Assembly: GCA_951804945.1 (NCBI GenBank)
Contig: OX638153.1
Span: 84,754,001 to 84,818,000, forward strand
Source of the DNA: Podarcis cretensis
Lineage: Eukaryota
DNA length: 64,000 nt
Direction: 5' to 3'
Both the position numbers and the translations under genes were made by a program. Under the pieces are notes generated by a model. It had not been told where the DNA came from and ran no database searches. It saw only the letters and a program-made list of their open reading frames with translations. This document shows positions 37,450-48,679 of the stretch, one piece after another; position 1 is the first letter of the stretch, and every line of letters begins with the position of its first letter.

Positions 37450-37794
37450 TAGGCACAAAGAAGCAACACAATTCAGTTCAAATTCTGCTGAATTTGCAAT
37501 TCCTAAAACCACAGGTGTCATTCAAAATTCGCACTTCTCCGAATTTTGCAACACATTTCACCAAGCAAGCATTGGATACAAAAGGGTATATACTAGTGAA
37601 ATGGGCATAAAATGTGTGTGTCAATGAAAATAACATAAAAATGCATTATATTAGGGGAAATTGCTTGCAAACATGTATACAGCATGCAGAAAATGCTGAA
37701 GAGTTTTCATGATGTGGAAATGTGAAGAGCTGAGTTTAAGATTGGAAAAATAAGAAATTGAAAGAAATCAAAACTAAAAGATTTATCCATCCTT
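37450..37794 (+). mobile_element. Non-autonomous hAT-like element
   Basis: Same family as 24543-25348. Confidence 0.55.
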
Positions 37795-38699
37795 ATTCCC
37801 AAGTAAAGGCGAAGGAAGCTGCGTCCTAATGGTATTTTAGGACACAGTTAAATATACTTTAGTCCAATTAATTTCCACATGATGCAAGTACATAAAACAA
37901 TGTACTGGCTTGCAGCCAAGTGTCAGCTATTAAATATGCACACTGGAACCACATATAATGTTGTGCATGTCACAATTATCCCTATAACAGCTTGTGCTGA
38001 CTTATTTCTTCCTGCATGATGGAGCAAAGAACTCAAGAGCAGGTATAAAGTTGCCTTTCAAATATTTTCCAAAAGCCAACTCTCAACTAAAAGTTAAACT
38101 GCCATTGTTTGGTATGAAATATTTGATCCTGTGCTTAGGTTAACGTGAAACAGACTGAAGAAAATAAAACTCACTTTATTAATTCCAGAACAAAAGAAGT
38201 CAGAAGATTCTTTTAGGCTGTCATCCAAATGTAGATACATTGGTAGATGCATCTACTTTTCTTTTCTTTTTAAAGTTTTTTTCCATTAGTCTTTATCCAT
38301 GAAAGTTCAACAGAACAGACTTCGGTATTCTCATTCAGTGAAGCAATACAATTTATTTCAATGATTGTTTCCTCTCCTTGCAAATCTTTAGCCAACCAAG
38401 AAATCTATACACAAGGCTGTGTAATCTCTATTTAAATTCAGCAGATAGTTGAATTAATAAATGATTTTTTTTAGTTCAGTTTAATTTACTTAGCCCAGAA
38501 TCCATTGAATAATACTATGGTTCGATACACATGCCTGCTTATTTGTTCCATCAGTTCCATTTGCAGAATAGACTTTGTATTCCCAGCAGAGCAACAAATG
38601 GACAGAGCATAACGTTTTAGTAGACTGCAATTCCCATACAAATCGAGCTTAACTATAACTTATGCTGATAGAGATCAACGTAAATAGAGAATCTCTTAC

Positions 38700-38845
38700 C
38701 CCGTTTCGTATTACAGAGATGCCAAAGTATGTGTGTTTTTTTAAGATCCAAGATCTTTAATACTTCAGCAAAAGGCAGTGTTCAGCTGCTTCTTTAATGC
38801 TTGCAAATTGGACTGTGCTGACATTATAATGAACTGTTTAAGAGA
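38700..38845 (-). other. BCHE: BCHE exon 1 (5' UTR exon); 5' end approximate
   Basis: Minus strand reads ...aatgtcagcacagtccaatttgcaag...gcagctg...gaagtatta...cggg|GTAAGA, with the GT donor at 38699-38698. This resembles the human BCHE exon 1 as I recall it (aatgtcagtgcagtccaatttacagg...gcagctg...gaagtatta...cgg). The 5.4-kb distance to exon 2 is similar to mammalian intron 1. Confidence 0.8.
38765..38824 (-). promoter_or_regulatory. Upstream ORF in BCHE exon 1, MSAQSNLQALKKQLNTAFC*
   Basis: ATG at 38824-38822 (A at -3) and TGA at 38767-38765. After splicing the ATG lies 130 nt before the main ATG, so it is out of frame. Confidence 0.7.
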
Positions 38846-39000
38846 AAGCTCGCGAGACTTGGCAACAGCAATTTGATCTGAAAGCAGGCGGTCTTAATAT
38901 CTGACATCTGCTCAAAGGAGAATGCCATCATTGTTGAAAGGCTTTGCAGTTAAGTCAAGTAGGGAATCAGAGCATTCCAATTTTCAGGATTTCATCAGGG
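38846..39000 (-). promoter_or_regulatory. Putative BCHE core promoter
   Basis: Repeat-free sequence directly upstream of exon 1, with no clear TATA box and a CTCGCGAG palindrome at 38849-38856. Confidence 0.45.
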
Positions 39001-39690
39001 ACGGGGAAATGAAGGAAGTGCATGCATATTTAGAAAAGCCAGTCCATTGGAAGTACAAAGTATAAAAACAATGCAGCTTTTTCCATGCATTTTTCCATGT
39101 TTAGTAACATTCACACGCAGGTCTAGAGGAATCATTGTTCTCATATGATTGGTCTTCAGCTGGTTGGTGGGATTTGAGACTTTGCTTGGCACCATCACTA
39201 GTATGGGGTGTGTGGGAGGAAGAGAGAGACAATAATAATGCAGAAGATAAATAAATTTAAATTAAATTCAAAATGAAACACACTCCAGTTTTGTTTTGTT
39301 TTAGATGATTTTTATACTGCTCTTCATAGAAGCCCCGGGATGGCTTACAACAAAGTCAAACAAGCTAAAGATAATACATAATATCCCAGGTGTGCCACCT
39401 GACATCTGGACCACCTAGCAGACACTTATTTAGATTTCTCCCCCCAATGCCCCCCCCATCTCTCGGGTATGGAGGCTATCATGAAAATCCCCCACAATGC
39501 CCAGAAGCAACATTATGTAGGGGGAATTGTGAGGAATTAAAAAGGGAGCTGCAAGCCACCTAGTGCCAATTTCGGTACTGCTGTTGTTCATCACCGCTAC
39601 TAATACTGAAATTTCCTGCGACCTGCCAAAGGCAATTTGCTCGTTCGTGGAGCAGACCCTACCCAAATGCTTTTCAGGAATGCACTTTTC

Positions 39691-40058
39691 AGGAATGGTT
39701 AGATTGGTCTCAACTAGGGCAAGGGCCTTTTCAGTACTGGCCCCAACTTGCTGGAACGCTCTATCACAAGAGACTGGAGCCCTGCGGGACTTGACATCTT
39801 TCCGCAGGGCCTGCAAGACAGATCTGCTCTGCCTGGCCTTTGGTTTGGACTCAGTTTGACCCTTATGTTTCCCTCCCCTTATGGTTTTAATCTATGGGCT
39901 ACTTTTAAAATGAGGCTGCATTTAAAATTGCATTTTAACCTGTATTTTAAATTGTCCCCCCCCATCCCATTATGTTTTTACTGTAATTTTACTGGTGTTA
40001 CCGCCCTGAGCCTGGCTCTGGCTGGGGAGGGCGGGGTATAAATTTATTTATTTATTTT
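39691..40058 (+). mobile_element. L2 LINE 3' end
   Basis: RARAFSVLAPTCWNALSQETGALRDLTSFRRACKT; (TTTA)n tail. Confidence 0.85.
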
Positions 40059-40251
40059 TAAGCCACTTATATGTGCCTTTTTTGTATGTGTAAAAAGTGT
40101 AAGGCAGCATACAAAAGCATGAAAGGCATACAAGGCATCATAAAACATTAAAACAGCATAAAATACAATTCTACTACAAAGCGTGTTCACGTGTTACAGT
40201 CATTGAGTGTGCCATCTTTGTATCTGTGCACACATGGAGTTGATCCTTAAA

Positions 40252-40375
40252 CTCATAGAACCATAGAATTGTAGAGCTGGAAAAGACAACCAAGGTCATC
40301 TTGTCTAACCCTCTACAATGCAGGAATCTCAGCTAAAGCAAGAGCGATGGCCACCCAACCTCTTCTTGAAAACAA
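40252..40375 (-). mobile_element. CR1 3' end fragment
   Basis: catagaaccatagaattgtagag...ggtcatcttgtctaaccc. Confidence 0.7.
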
Positions 40376-41539
40376 AGAAAGAAGATGCTGGCTTGCCTGG
40401 TGTTGCCAGCTGTGACATCATGTTTGTGTGTGAGAGAGGGGGGCGTGTTTGCAGATTGGAGGAGATGGAGGCAGAAAGACAGGAAAGCATTTGATTGGAT
40501 GCAGCTTTCAGCAGCTGTTCAACTTGCACCCTATAAAACAGTCTTCTGGCTTAAATGAATGTCTGTTTCTCTTCACACTCTGTGTGCGGGAGGACTACTC
40601 TCAATCTGAATTTAAATTTGTGAATTCAAGTCAGGAGGATGAATGTCAGGGAGGAAGAACGGTACAGTCCAAAAAATACTGTGCCATCTTGGAACAAATG
40701 TGTCAACATTCTGGACCTTTTTAATTTGCATGAATCTGACATTGTTGGAGTGACATCATTGTGTGAACGCAGCATAGATTTTTAAAAAGCATTTCCTCCT
40801 TTCTTGTTAAAACAGCCTGTGCTCCTGCTTCTGTCACTTTAATTGGTCAAGGTGAGGACAGTTTAATTGGGTTTACTCAAAGCTGTTGACAAGGTTTTCT
40901 TTTTAGATCCGTCCTTTTTCTCTCTCTTTAGCTCCTAGTTTGTACAAAATTATGCCAGTGCTGTGAAGAAGTGAAAAGTTTGCACTTAAAACACTTTTTC
41001 AGCCTCTAGCTGAGTCTTTATATTTTGTTTGCTGCTCTGAGTGTATCTTTAGTGCATTTAAAAACTCTCCAATGAGTAGTTTAACACTTCCATGCTCCCA
41101 TGAATGCAAATGATTCTGCAGATAACGTTTTACCTGAATAAAGTAGTAAATGTAAATGCTTGGGAAGGGAGATTGGAACCCACAGTGGGGACTAAGTTGC
41201 AATTATTGTTGTGATTATTACTTATTCCTTTGAGCCCAGTAGTGCTGAGAATGGTGGAACTTAAGCTTACAGAAACTGGGAAGAAGAAACCACATGATAT
41301 ACTTCAAAAGAAGCAAGGCACACAGGATTTGTGAGTGTATTTGGAAGTGAGCCCCATTGAGTTCAATTGTATGCTCTCCCAGGTACATATGTATAGGCTT
41401 GCAGGCTCAGTTTTTATTAAACCTATGAAGCAGGGATGGGAGTCTGGACCTAGGTGGGCCCCCAGCCCTGTGGGCCAACTTTGACAGGTGATGAAGGATG
41501 CATATCTGTTAAAGTTCAAAGGGGTTCCCTGTAACCACC

Positions 41540-41692
41540 AATCATAGAATCATAGAATTGTAGAACGGGAAGGGACCCTGAGGGTCATCTAGTCCAACCC
41601 CCTGCAATGTATGAATATGAACAGTCCCACATGGGGACTGAACTTGCGACCTTGGCGTTATCAGCACCACGTTCGAACCAACTGAGCTACCC
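41540..41692 (-). mobile_element. tRNA-Ile-headed, CR1-tailed SINE
   Basis: Reverse complement reads GGTAGCTCAGTTGGTTCGAACGTGGTGCTGATAACGCCAAGGTCGCAAGTTCAGTCCCC, followed by a CR1 3' end and (ATTCTATG)2. Confidence 0.8.
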
Positions 41693-41761
41693 ATCTGAAG
41701 AGGAAAAATGTCTGTTTGCCTCAGAGTCCAAAGGGATTTTCCAAGGGGCTCACAGTCTCCT

Positions 41762-44160
41762 TCTTCTTCTTTAAATAAATGAATTTAAATTTTCAGATTT
41801 ACAGTCATCAAGCAAACAAGTAAAACGATTTCCATAAGTTCCCTTGGACTTTCCCCCTCCCTTTTGTGGGTCCTTACCTTAACTTTTTCTCCTGCATCTT
41901 CTCTGTTAGTTCAGTTCCATTAAATCTCCGAAACCATAGTCCAATGTTTAACTACAAGCGTCATTCCAATCCTACTAATAATTTTAATTGTTTAGAATGA
42001 TTTTTTAGGTAAATTATATATTTTCCCCATTCCTTATTGAAGTTTTGTTTTTCTTTTTTTTTTTATAATAAATTTTTATTAATTTCCAATTTTTTAACAA
42101 ACACAACAGAAAAAACATAAAAACAAACACATAAATTCATAATTTCTTAACCTTATTTCCATAAGCCTCTTTTCTTGGACTTCCCCATACCTTCCCCTTT
42201 TTGCATCCTTTTATTTTTAACAATTATTCAACAACCCTTTTAGCCAATTTAAATATAAATTCATTCTCCCTTTCAATTTTACCCTAAATCAAATAAAATT
42301 TACCGCTGTAATTCTACGTCTTCCTCTCCCTTAGCATTTTAGCACTCCTCAATTTTGTAGTAACTCTTAAGATATATTTTAAACTTCTTCCAGTCTTCTT
42401 CCACAGTCTCTTTCTCTTGGTCGCGGATTCTGCCGGTCATTTCTGCCAGTCCCATAAAGTCGATCACTTTCGCCTGCCATTCCTCCAGCGTGGGTAGCTC
42501 TTGAGTCTTCCAATACTTTGCCAAAAGAATCCTTGCTGCCGTTGTAGCGTACAAAAAGAAGTTTTTATCCTTCCTCGGCACCAGCTGGCCGACCATACCC
42601 AAGAGAAATGCCTCTGGTTTCTTATGAAACGTGCATTTAAGTACTTTCTTAATCTCATTGTAAATCATTTCCCAGAAGGCCTTAATCTTTGGGCAGGTAC
42701 ACCAAAGGTGGAAGAAGGTACCTTCAGTCTCATTACATTTCCAACATTTGTTATTGGGCAAATGATAAATCTTCGCTAGCTTGACTGGAGTCATGTACCA
42801 CCTGTAAATCATTTTCATAATGTTTTCTCGTAAGGCATTACATGCCGTGAATTTAATACCTGTGGTCCATAACTGCTCCCAGTCAGCAAACATAATGTCA
42901 TGACCTATGTCCTGTGCCCATCTAATCATAGCTGACTTCACTGTCTCATCTATTGTATTCCACTTCAACAGCAAGTTATACATTCTTGATAAATTCTTAG
43001 TATTGGGTTCTAACAGTTCTGTTTCTAATTTCGATTTCTCCACCTGGAAACCAATTTTCCTGTCTTGTTTAAAGGCCTCCATTATTTGAAAATAATGGAG
43101 CCAATCCCGTACCTTGGACTTTATTTTCTCAAAACTTTGTAGTTTAAATTCACCACCTTCTTGTTCTAAAATTTCAGAATATTTTGGCCAGTTGGTTCTC
43201 ATATTGAGTTTCTTTACCTCCTTAGCCTCCATTGGTGAAAGCCACCTGGGGGTTTTATTTTCCAGTAGATCTTTATATCGAATCCAAACATTGTATAGTG
43301 CTTTCCTAACAATATGATTTTTAAAGCCCTTATACACTTTAACCTTGTCATACCAAATATATGCATGCCAACCGAAATTATTATCAAATCCTTCCAAATC
43401 TAGAATGTCCGCATTTTCAAGAAGTAGCCAGTCTTTTAACCAGCAGAAAGCTGCCGATTCATAGTACAATCTTAAGTCCGGCAGGGCAAACCCCCCTCTT
43501 TCTTTAGAATCAGTAAGTATCTTAAACTTAATTCTGGGCTTTTTGCCCTGCCAGACAAATTTAGATATGTCTTTCTGCCACTTCTTGAAACAGTCCAATT
43601 TATCAACAATTTGTAATGTCTGAAACAAAAATAACATTCTAGGCAATACATTCATTTTGATTACTGCAATCCGACCTAACAAGGAAAGCTTCAGGTTCGA
43701 CCATATTTCTAAATCTTTCTTTATCTCTGTCCAGCACTTATCATAATTATCCTTAAATAAGTTTACATTCTTAGATGTCATGTTAATCCCCAGGTATTTT
43801 ACACTCTTTGCCACCGTTAACCCAGTTTCCTCTTGGAATCTCTCTTTCAACATTTGTTAGGTTTTTTTCCAATACCTTAGTTTTTTGTTTGTTCAACTTA
43901 AATCCTGCGACCTGACCAAATACTTGAATTATTTCTAAAACTCTTTTAGTACTAGTGTCTGGATCTTGCAAGGTCAATACTAAGTCATCTGCAAAGGCCT
44001 TCAATTTGTAATGTCTGGCTCCGACCTGAATCCCTTTCACCAGCTGGTCCCCCCCCTTATTGAAGTTTTGGTCATCCTGATTCCTAATTCTTCCATTCAG
44101 TTTTGCCATTTCTGCATGTTACCATCAGTTTAATCTGCCATTCTTCCCTGGTAGGGACTG
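41762..44160 (-). mobile_element. Older L1 3' end, split into 44055-44160 and 41762-42047 by a younger L1
   Basis: Rejoined across the TSD it reads ...EMAKLNGRIRNQDDQNFNK|EWGKYIIYLKNHSKQLKLLVGLE*, homologous to the ORF2 C-terminus of the young L1. Confidence 0.75.
42048..44054 (-). mobile_element. Young 5'-truncated L1 LINE (partial ORF2, 3' UTR, polyA)
   Basis: RT motif AFADDL, KYLGI, and zinc knuckle CWKC...HLWCTC; 504-aa open stretch 42339-43853 with one frameshift near 43845. AATAAA plus A-tail at 42048-42081; 16-bp TSD ccttattgaagttttg (42032-42047 / 44055-44070). Confidence 0.93.
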
Positions 44161-44470
44161 CGCCTCTGTTCCAGCACAGTCTTGGTAATCTGAGGACAGT
44201 GATAGTCTTCACTTGAATGCTGTTTTTTTAACCGGTATGCAAATATGCTCATTCTACGTGCCAATTTTAAAGCTTTGTTTTTCATCTTTTAATTTTCATA
44301 AGTTATAATTGCTCTCTCTGTTATACATATACATTATAAAATGAAACAAAAGCAAACATTACAAAACAATAAAAAGAGCTCACAGCCCATGAAAGGGGTG
44401 GGGAACAGCATTGTACAGCCAATCCTATTGGAGCTCATTGACATCAATCAGCTGATTGGTGCCATCAACA

Positions 44471-45060
44471 CAGGGCTGTCTTAAGCATATGCAACACCGG
44501 GGTGCAAAGATCCACCTGGCGCCCCTCCCAGGTTGCCCAGAGTTCTTGACCTTTTTTTACTGGGGGGAACCCCAAAATTGTCAACCTTCTTTTTTTAGGG
44601 TGGGCCGGTGAGGCATGCATGGCATGGTGGCCATGGCGAGGCATGGTGGCCTTGCCAGCCACCTCAGCAACAACAGAGGAGCCTGAGGAGGTGGTGATAG
44701 CAGAGTAAGGCTGGGGCCGGGCACCTGGGGGGGGCAAGCAGAGCCCAGCGCAACATCAGTCAAGCTCAAGGCAGCAGCAGTGACTGAGCGAAGCCAGGCA
44801 CCTGATGTGAGCGGACTCTTGATGGCCCGCCAATCCCAGGCATGCAGGAGGGTATAGCTGGTCGGCTGCCTCAGTGGCTCGCTCACCCACAAGCAAAGAG
44901 TTGTGGCGCTCTGACCCGCTCTGCTCCACTTGGCAGGAGCTGTTGGCTCTTCCCAATTCCTGGACTCCAAATCTCAGCCCAGGACTCTCGGCCTGCCGCC
45001 CCTGAGAGCCCTGCGCCTGGGTGCTCCACACCCCTAGTGCCCATGGGTAAGACGGCCCTG
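44471..45060. mobile_element. Non-autonomous hAT element, 590 bp, GC-rich
   Basis: TIR CAGGGCYGTCTTA; perfect 8-bp TSD catcaaca (44463-44470 / 45061-45068). Confidence 0.9.
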
Positions 45061-46263
45061 CATCAACAAGTCCCACTTGCAAAGGAAGATTTGGGGCCTT
45101 CCTTTGTTCCTCTGTAGCCATGTCTTTACTTGTCCCACACCTGATGTAGGACAGGTGGGTGGTGTGGAAAATGACCTTGCATGTCAAATTGAGACCTGTG
45201 CCAGGAACCCGTGGCCAGATGTCCCCCACCACTACAATAAAAAAGGGAAAGTTAATATGGTCTAAAATACTTAGGCAGAGCTTTAGACGACTTCTTCTTC
45301 TTCTTGTATTACATGAAAATTCCCCAATAGTTCTCTCACAATGAAAAGATGAAATAGATATATGTTTCTGTAGAATAACTTTCCAATATTAGGAAAGTTC
45401 ACGCTACTTACCTGTTCATTTCAGCAAATGGGAATATCTTTAACTACATTACAACCAGTGAAAGACTTCTTTTATATTTATATATATATGTCAGTATATC
45501 ATGCAGAGCTATAATTTTCTCTTTATTGCTCTAATTATAGCTGGTTGTAAAAAAATTATTCATTAGTAAAATTATAAGTTGCTAGTTTACGGAAAAAAAT
45601 CAGGAAAAGACTGTAAATGAAAAAAAATGGTTCTAGGTATAGTTCTTGTCATAGCTAGGCATTTCTTATGAATATATTTTTCTGGTATATTTATTGCACA
45701 TAAATAAATGTATTATTTTGGTTATTGCTGGGCACTTCTAAAAAGCTTCCTGGTTAGCCTGCATAGTCTTAAAATGTACTAAAAATGAACAAATCAAAAT
45801 GGAAGCAACTTCAGAGTACAAACTCCTTTTGGAACAGAAGGCTCTGTCAGTCTGTGAAAATGCAATTGGTGTGTGATCATGGAGATCTCATTATAAACAT
45901 CTGTGAAAAATTTCCAGGAATATGTCACGATTTCTGCATACTGTGTAAGTATATCACGGTACCATCTGCTTAGAAAACATGGCTTGTCAGAAGGGTGTGT
46001 TAGTGGGAAAATATAGTAAATGTGTTCAAGTATGCAGATATATTTGATACATAAAGCATGCCACTGAAAATGACTTCAACACAGGTTGGTGATAGCAGAG
46101 AGCAAAACATCAACCAACCCAATGAGGACATAAATAGCAGATATGGTGAGATCTTTGAAAATCTCCCTTCAGTGATGGTGGCCTGGTGTCACATAGTGAC
46201 TGCCTGTGCAATCTGAGTCTTGCTTATTCAGAAGTAAGTCCAAATTAGTTTAATGGGTCTTAG

Positions 46264-46425
46264 CAGGGCTTTTTTTTCCTAGAAAAAGAGTTGCTTGTTG
46301 ACCTTCCAGGGCAGCACCCAGCCAAAGTTGTGGAGTTTTCTTAGGGGGGATGGGGGGATGTGCCACCCCATTCTGCAAGGCCAGAATGCACCAAAGAGGT
46401 GAGTTCTGGTTGTAAAAATGCCCTG
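46264..46425. mobile_element. hAT MITE
   Basis: CAGGGCTTTTT...AAAAATGCCCTG; perfect 8-bp TSD ggtcttag. Confidence 0.85.
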
Positions 46426-46481
46426 GGTCTTAGTTTCATCTATGTACTAATACTGTGACCTGCAATCCTATACACACTTAG

Positions 46482-46645
46482 GTGTTGTTGTTTGCATCCA
46501 TCTGTCTTTGAGAGACAATGGAGTGTGCTTCCAGGGGTGAAGTCAAACTGCTGTGGTGGCAGCACTGAAGTGACCCACTTGGGACACAAGCCTGGGCAGT
46601 GTGTATGGAGGTCCTGTGCTGACCAGACAAGACCCCCCCCCCAGC
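46482..46645 (-). mobile_element. Unclassified non-LTR retrotransposon 3' end with (CAA)n tail
   Basis: Reverse complement ends ...gacagatggatgcaaacaacaac. Confidence 0.4.
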
Positions 46646-46671
46646 TTTGCTTAGAGCTTATAGCAGTCATT

Positions 46672-47120
46672 TAATAATAAGAAGAATAAGAATAAGAATA
46701 AATTTTTATTTATATCCTGCCCTCCCCAGCCGAAGCCGGGCTCAGAGCGGCTAACAACAATAAAAGTAACACAGCATTCTAAAATCAATTCCTTTTAAAA
46801 TCAATTCAAAATCAAATTAATGGCAACCATTGGGCTAGAGTTCTGTGAGGATTACCAAAGGAGGGGGCCAGACTGTGCCTTGGCCAAAGGCCTGGTGGAA
46901 TAGCTCTGTCTTGCAGGCCCAGCGAAAAGATGTGACAGAGTGTTCCACCAGATCGGGGCCACAGCCGAAAATGCCCTAGCTCTGGTTGAGGCAAGCATAA
47001 CCTTCCTGTGGCCCAGGACCTCCAAGATGTTTTTGTTTGAAGACCGCAAGGTCTCCGTGGGACATACCAGGAGAGGCGGTCCCATAGGTACGAGGGTACT
47101 AGGCCGTATAGGGCTTTAAA
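46672..47120 (-). mobile_element. L2 LINE 3' end
   Basis: Same subfamily as 26523-27290; (AATAAG)n tail on the plus strand. Confidence 0.85.
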
Positions 47121-48679
47121 TTTCTGTATTTGCGCATTGCATCATGGCTATTACAGTCTAAAAGTGTCATCATCATCACAGGATATGGCAATACACAAAA
47201 CTGTTAGCATTTCCTTTCCTCCTTTATTTGATTTTTATACTACCCTACACCACAAGATCCCAAGGTGGTTCACAAGATCACATGATCTGTGTTCACAGAT
47301 ATCGCAAGACTACATAGTGTGCATTGCTATGTGATAACGGTAAAGCCATCCTAGTACACAATGAATGCGTAGGGGGTTCATCAAAATTAAAGCAGATTCC
47401 CAAACTACCACAAAATTTTAAGGAGAAACTAGGAATATGACAGAATAGCCATATTTACTTTGCATTATAGTGGTTTCAAATTTCAGTGGCCAGGGAATAT
47501 GTTGCAGAAAATATAGGCTTAGCTTTGTAAGAAACTTGCATTCTGATGTAAATTAACAATAAGATATTGCCATGAAAATCCTTCTTGTCAGAATAATATG
47601 TGAAATGAATTGTTGGACACCTCAGCTCATCTGCCTCAGGCGTTTGACATTACATACACTTCTTTTTATTTTGTCACTTTATAGGTTGGAGCTGTTAACA
47701 GGTGGATTCCTGACATTACATATCAAGTTGGTAATAGCTATGGAGCCATTAACAAGTGGGACTGTTTGTCATGAAGCCCTGCGCCAGTGTGAGCTATGGA
47801 GCTATTAACACATCTGCTTTTGACAGGGGACCTTTTAACAACGTCTTCACAAGTCACCTGATATAATACATGTGTCAATCCATTCTACAAAATGGCGAAA
47901 TGTATCTTTGAAGCAAGGCAGGGGTGCAAGGACAGTGACTGCCATGAGGTAACCTCTCATTAATGAATCCCTGACACAACAGGTGTTGCAGCCTCAATAA
48001 CTGTGAAATAATGATAAAAGTGGGAAATGACCAAATCAAAGAAGAGGAAATAAGAAAAGATCAAATCACAAAGGGGGTGGACGGCAGACTAAGGTCTTCT
48101 TAACTCTCATCCTGTTGTATCCAGAACAAGATGAGACAAATCATTTATCTATGAATAGGTGGTAAGGGGAACTTCCTATTCTTTTCCTTTCCTCAAAAGA
48201 TAACCCGTTACTTTTCTTCACTCCTTAAGGAGGGGACAGGGGTGTAGTTCAGGGGGAATTATTCAGGGAAAGGGTTAAATCTCCCCCCCCCCACCGGCTG
48301 CTGCTATTTCACTCTGGATCACTTGATCCTACTGGCTATGCTCCGCTGACTCTGATGGCTCCAACCTGATTGTCCATGACTGAACCACGGATATTTACGT
48401 TTCTATACAGGTTCCCCTATGCATTTAGGCACCTTGATCATGCAAGGGTCAAATCATATGGGGAGCCTAGGCATGCTACAGGTGACTCCCAGTTCCAGAC
48501 CTTCACCAGCAGCATATGGTGCAACAGGGCCACCGGGAATGTGATGGAGGTAGAAAAGCCTTGCAAAATGCAGTGCTTCTTTTAAATGCCTGATGTGATA
48601 CGGAGGTCTTCATCAGGTGCCTGATGTTCCACAGGGGCTTGTATGATCTCTGCTGGGAGGAAGTTCCAAGATCAGCAAT

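Noticed and set aside
41625-41692. Possible tRNA-Ile(GAT) gene
   Set aside because: Acceptor stem and T-arm are degenerate, and it is fused directly to a CR1 tail, so it is a SINE head.
43783-44109. 108-aa ORF as a separate gene
   Set aside because: It is a chance in-frame fusion across the TSD between two L1 copies.
44465-45232. Overlapping 90-158 aa ORFs
   Set aside because: They lie in a GC-rich hAT insert; no recognisable domain or splice structure.
45405-45414. Perfect minus-strand splice donor CAG|GTAAGTA as an alternative upstream BCHE exon
   Set aside because: An isolated 9-10 nt match is plausible by chance in 64 kb; there is no supporting exon or promoter evidence without RNA data.
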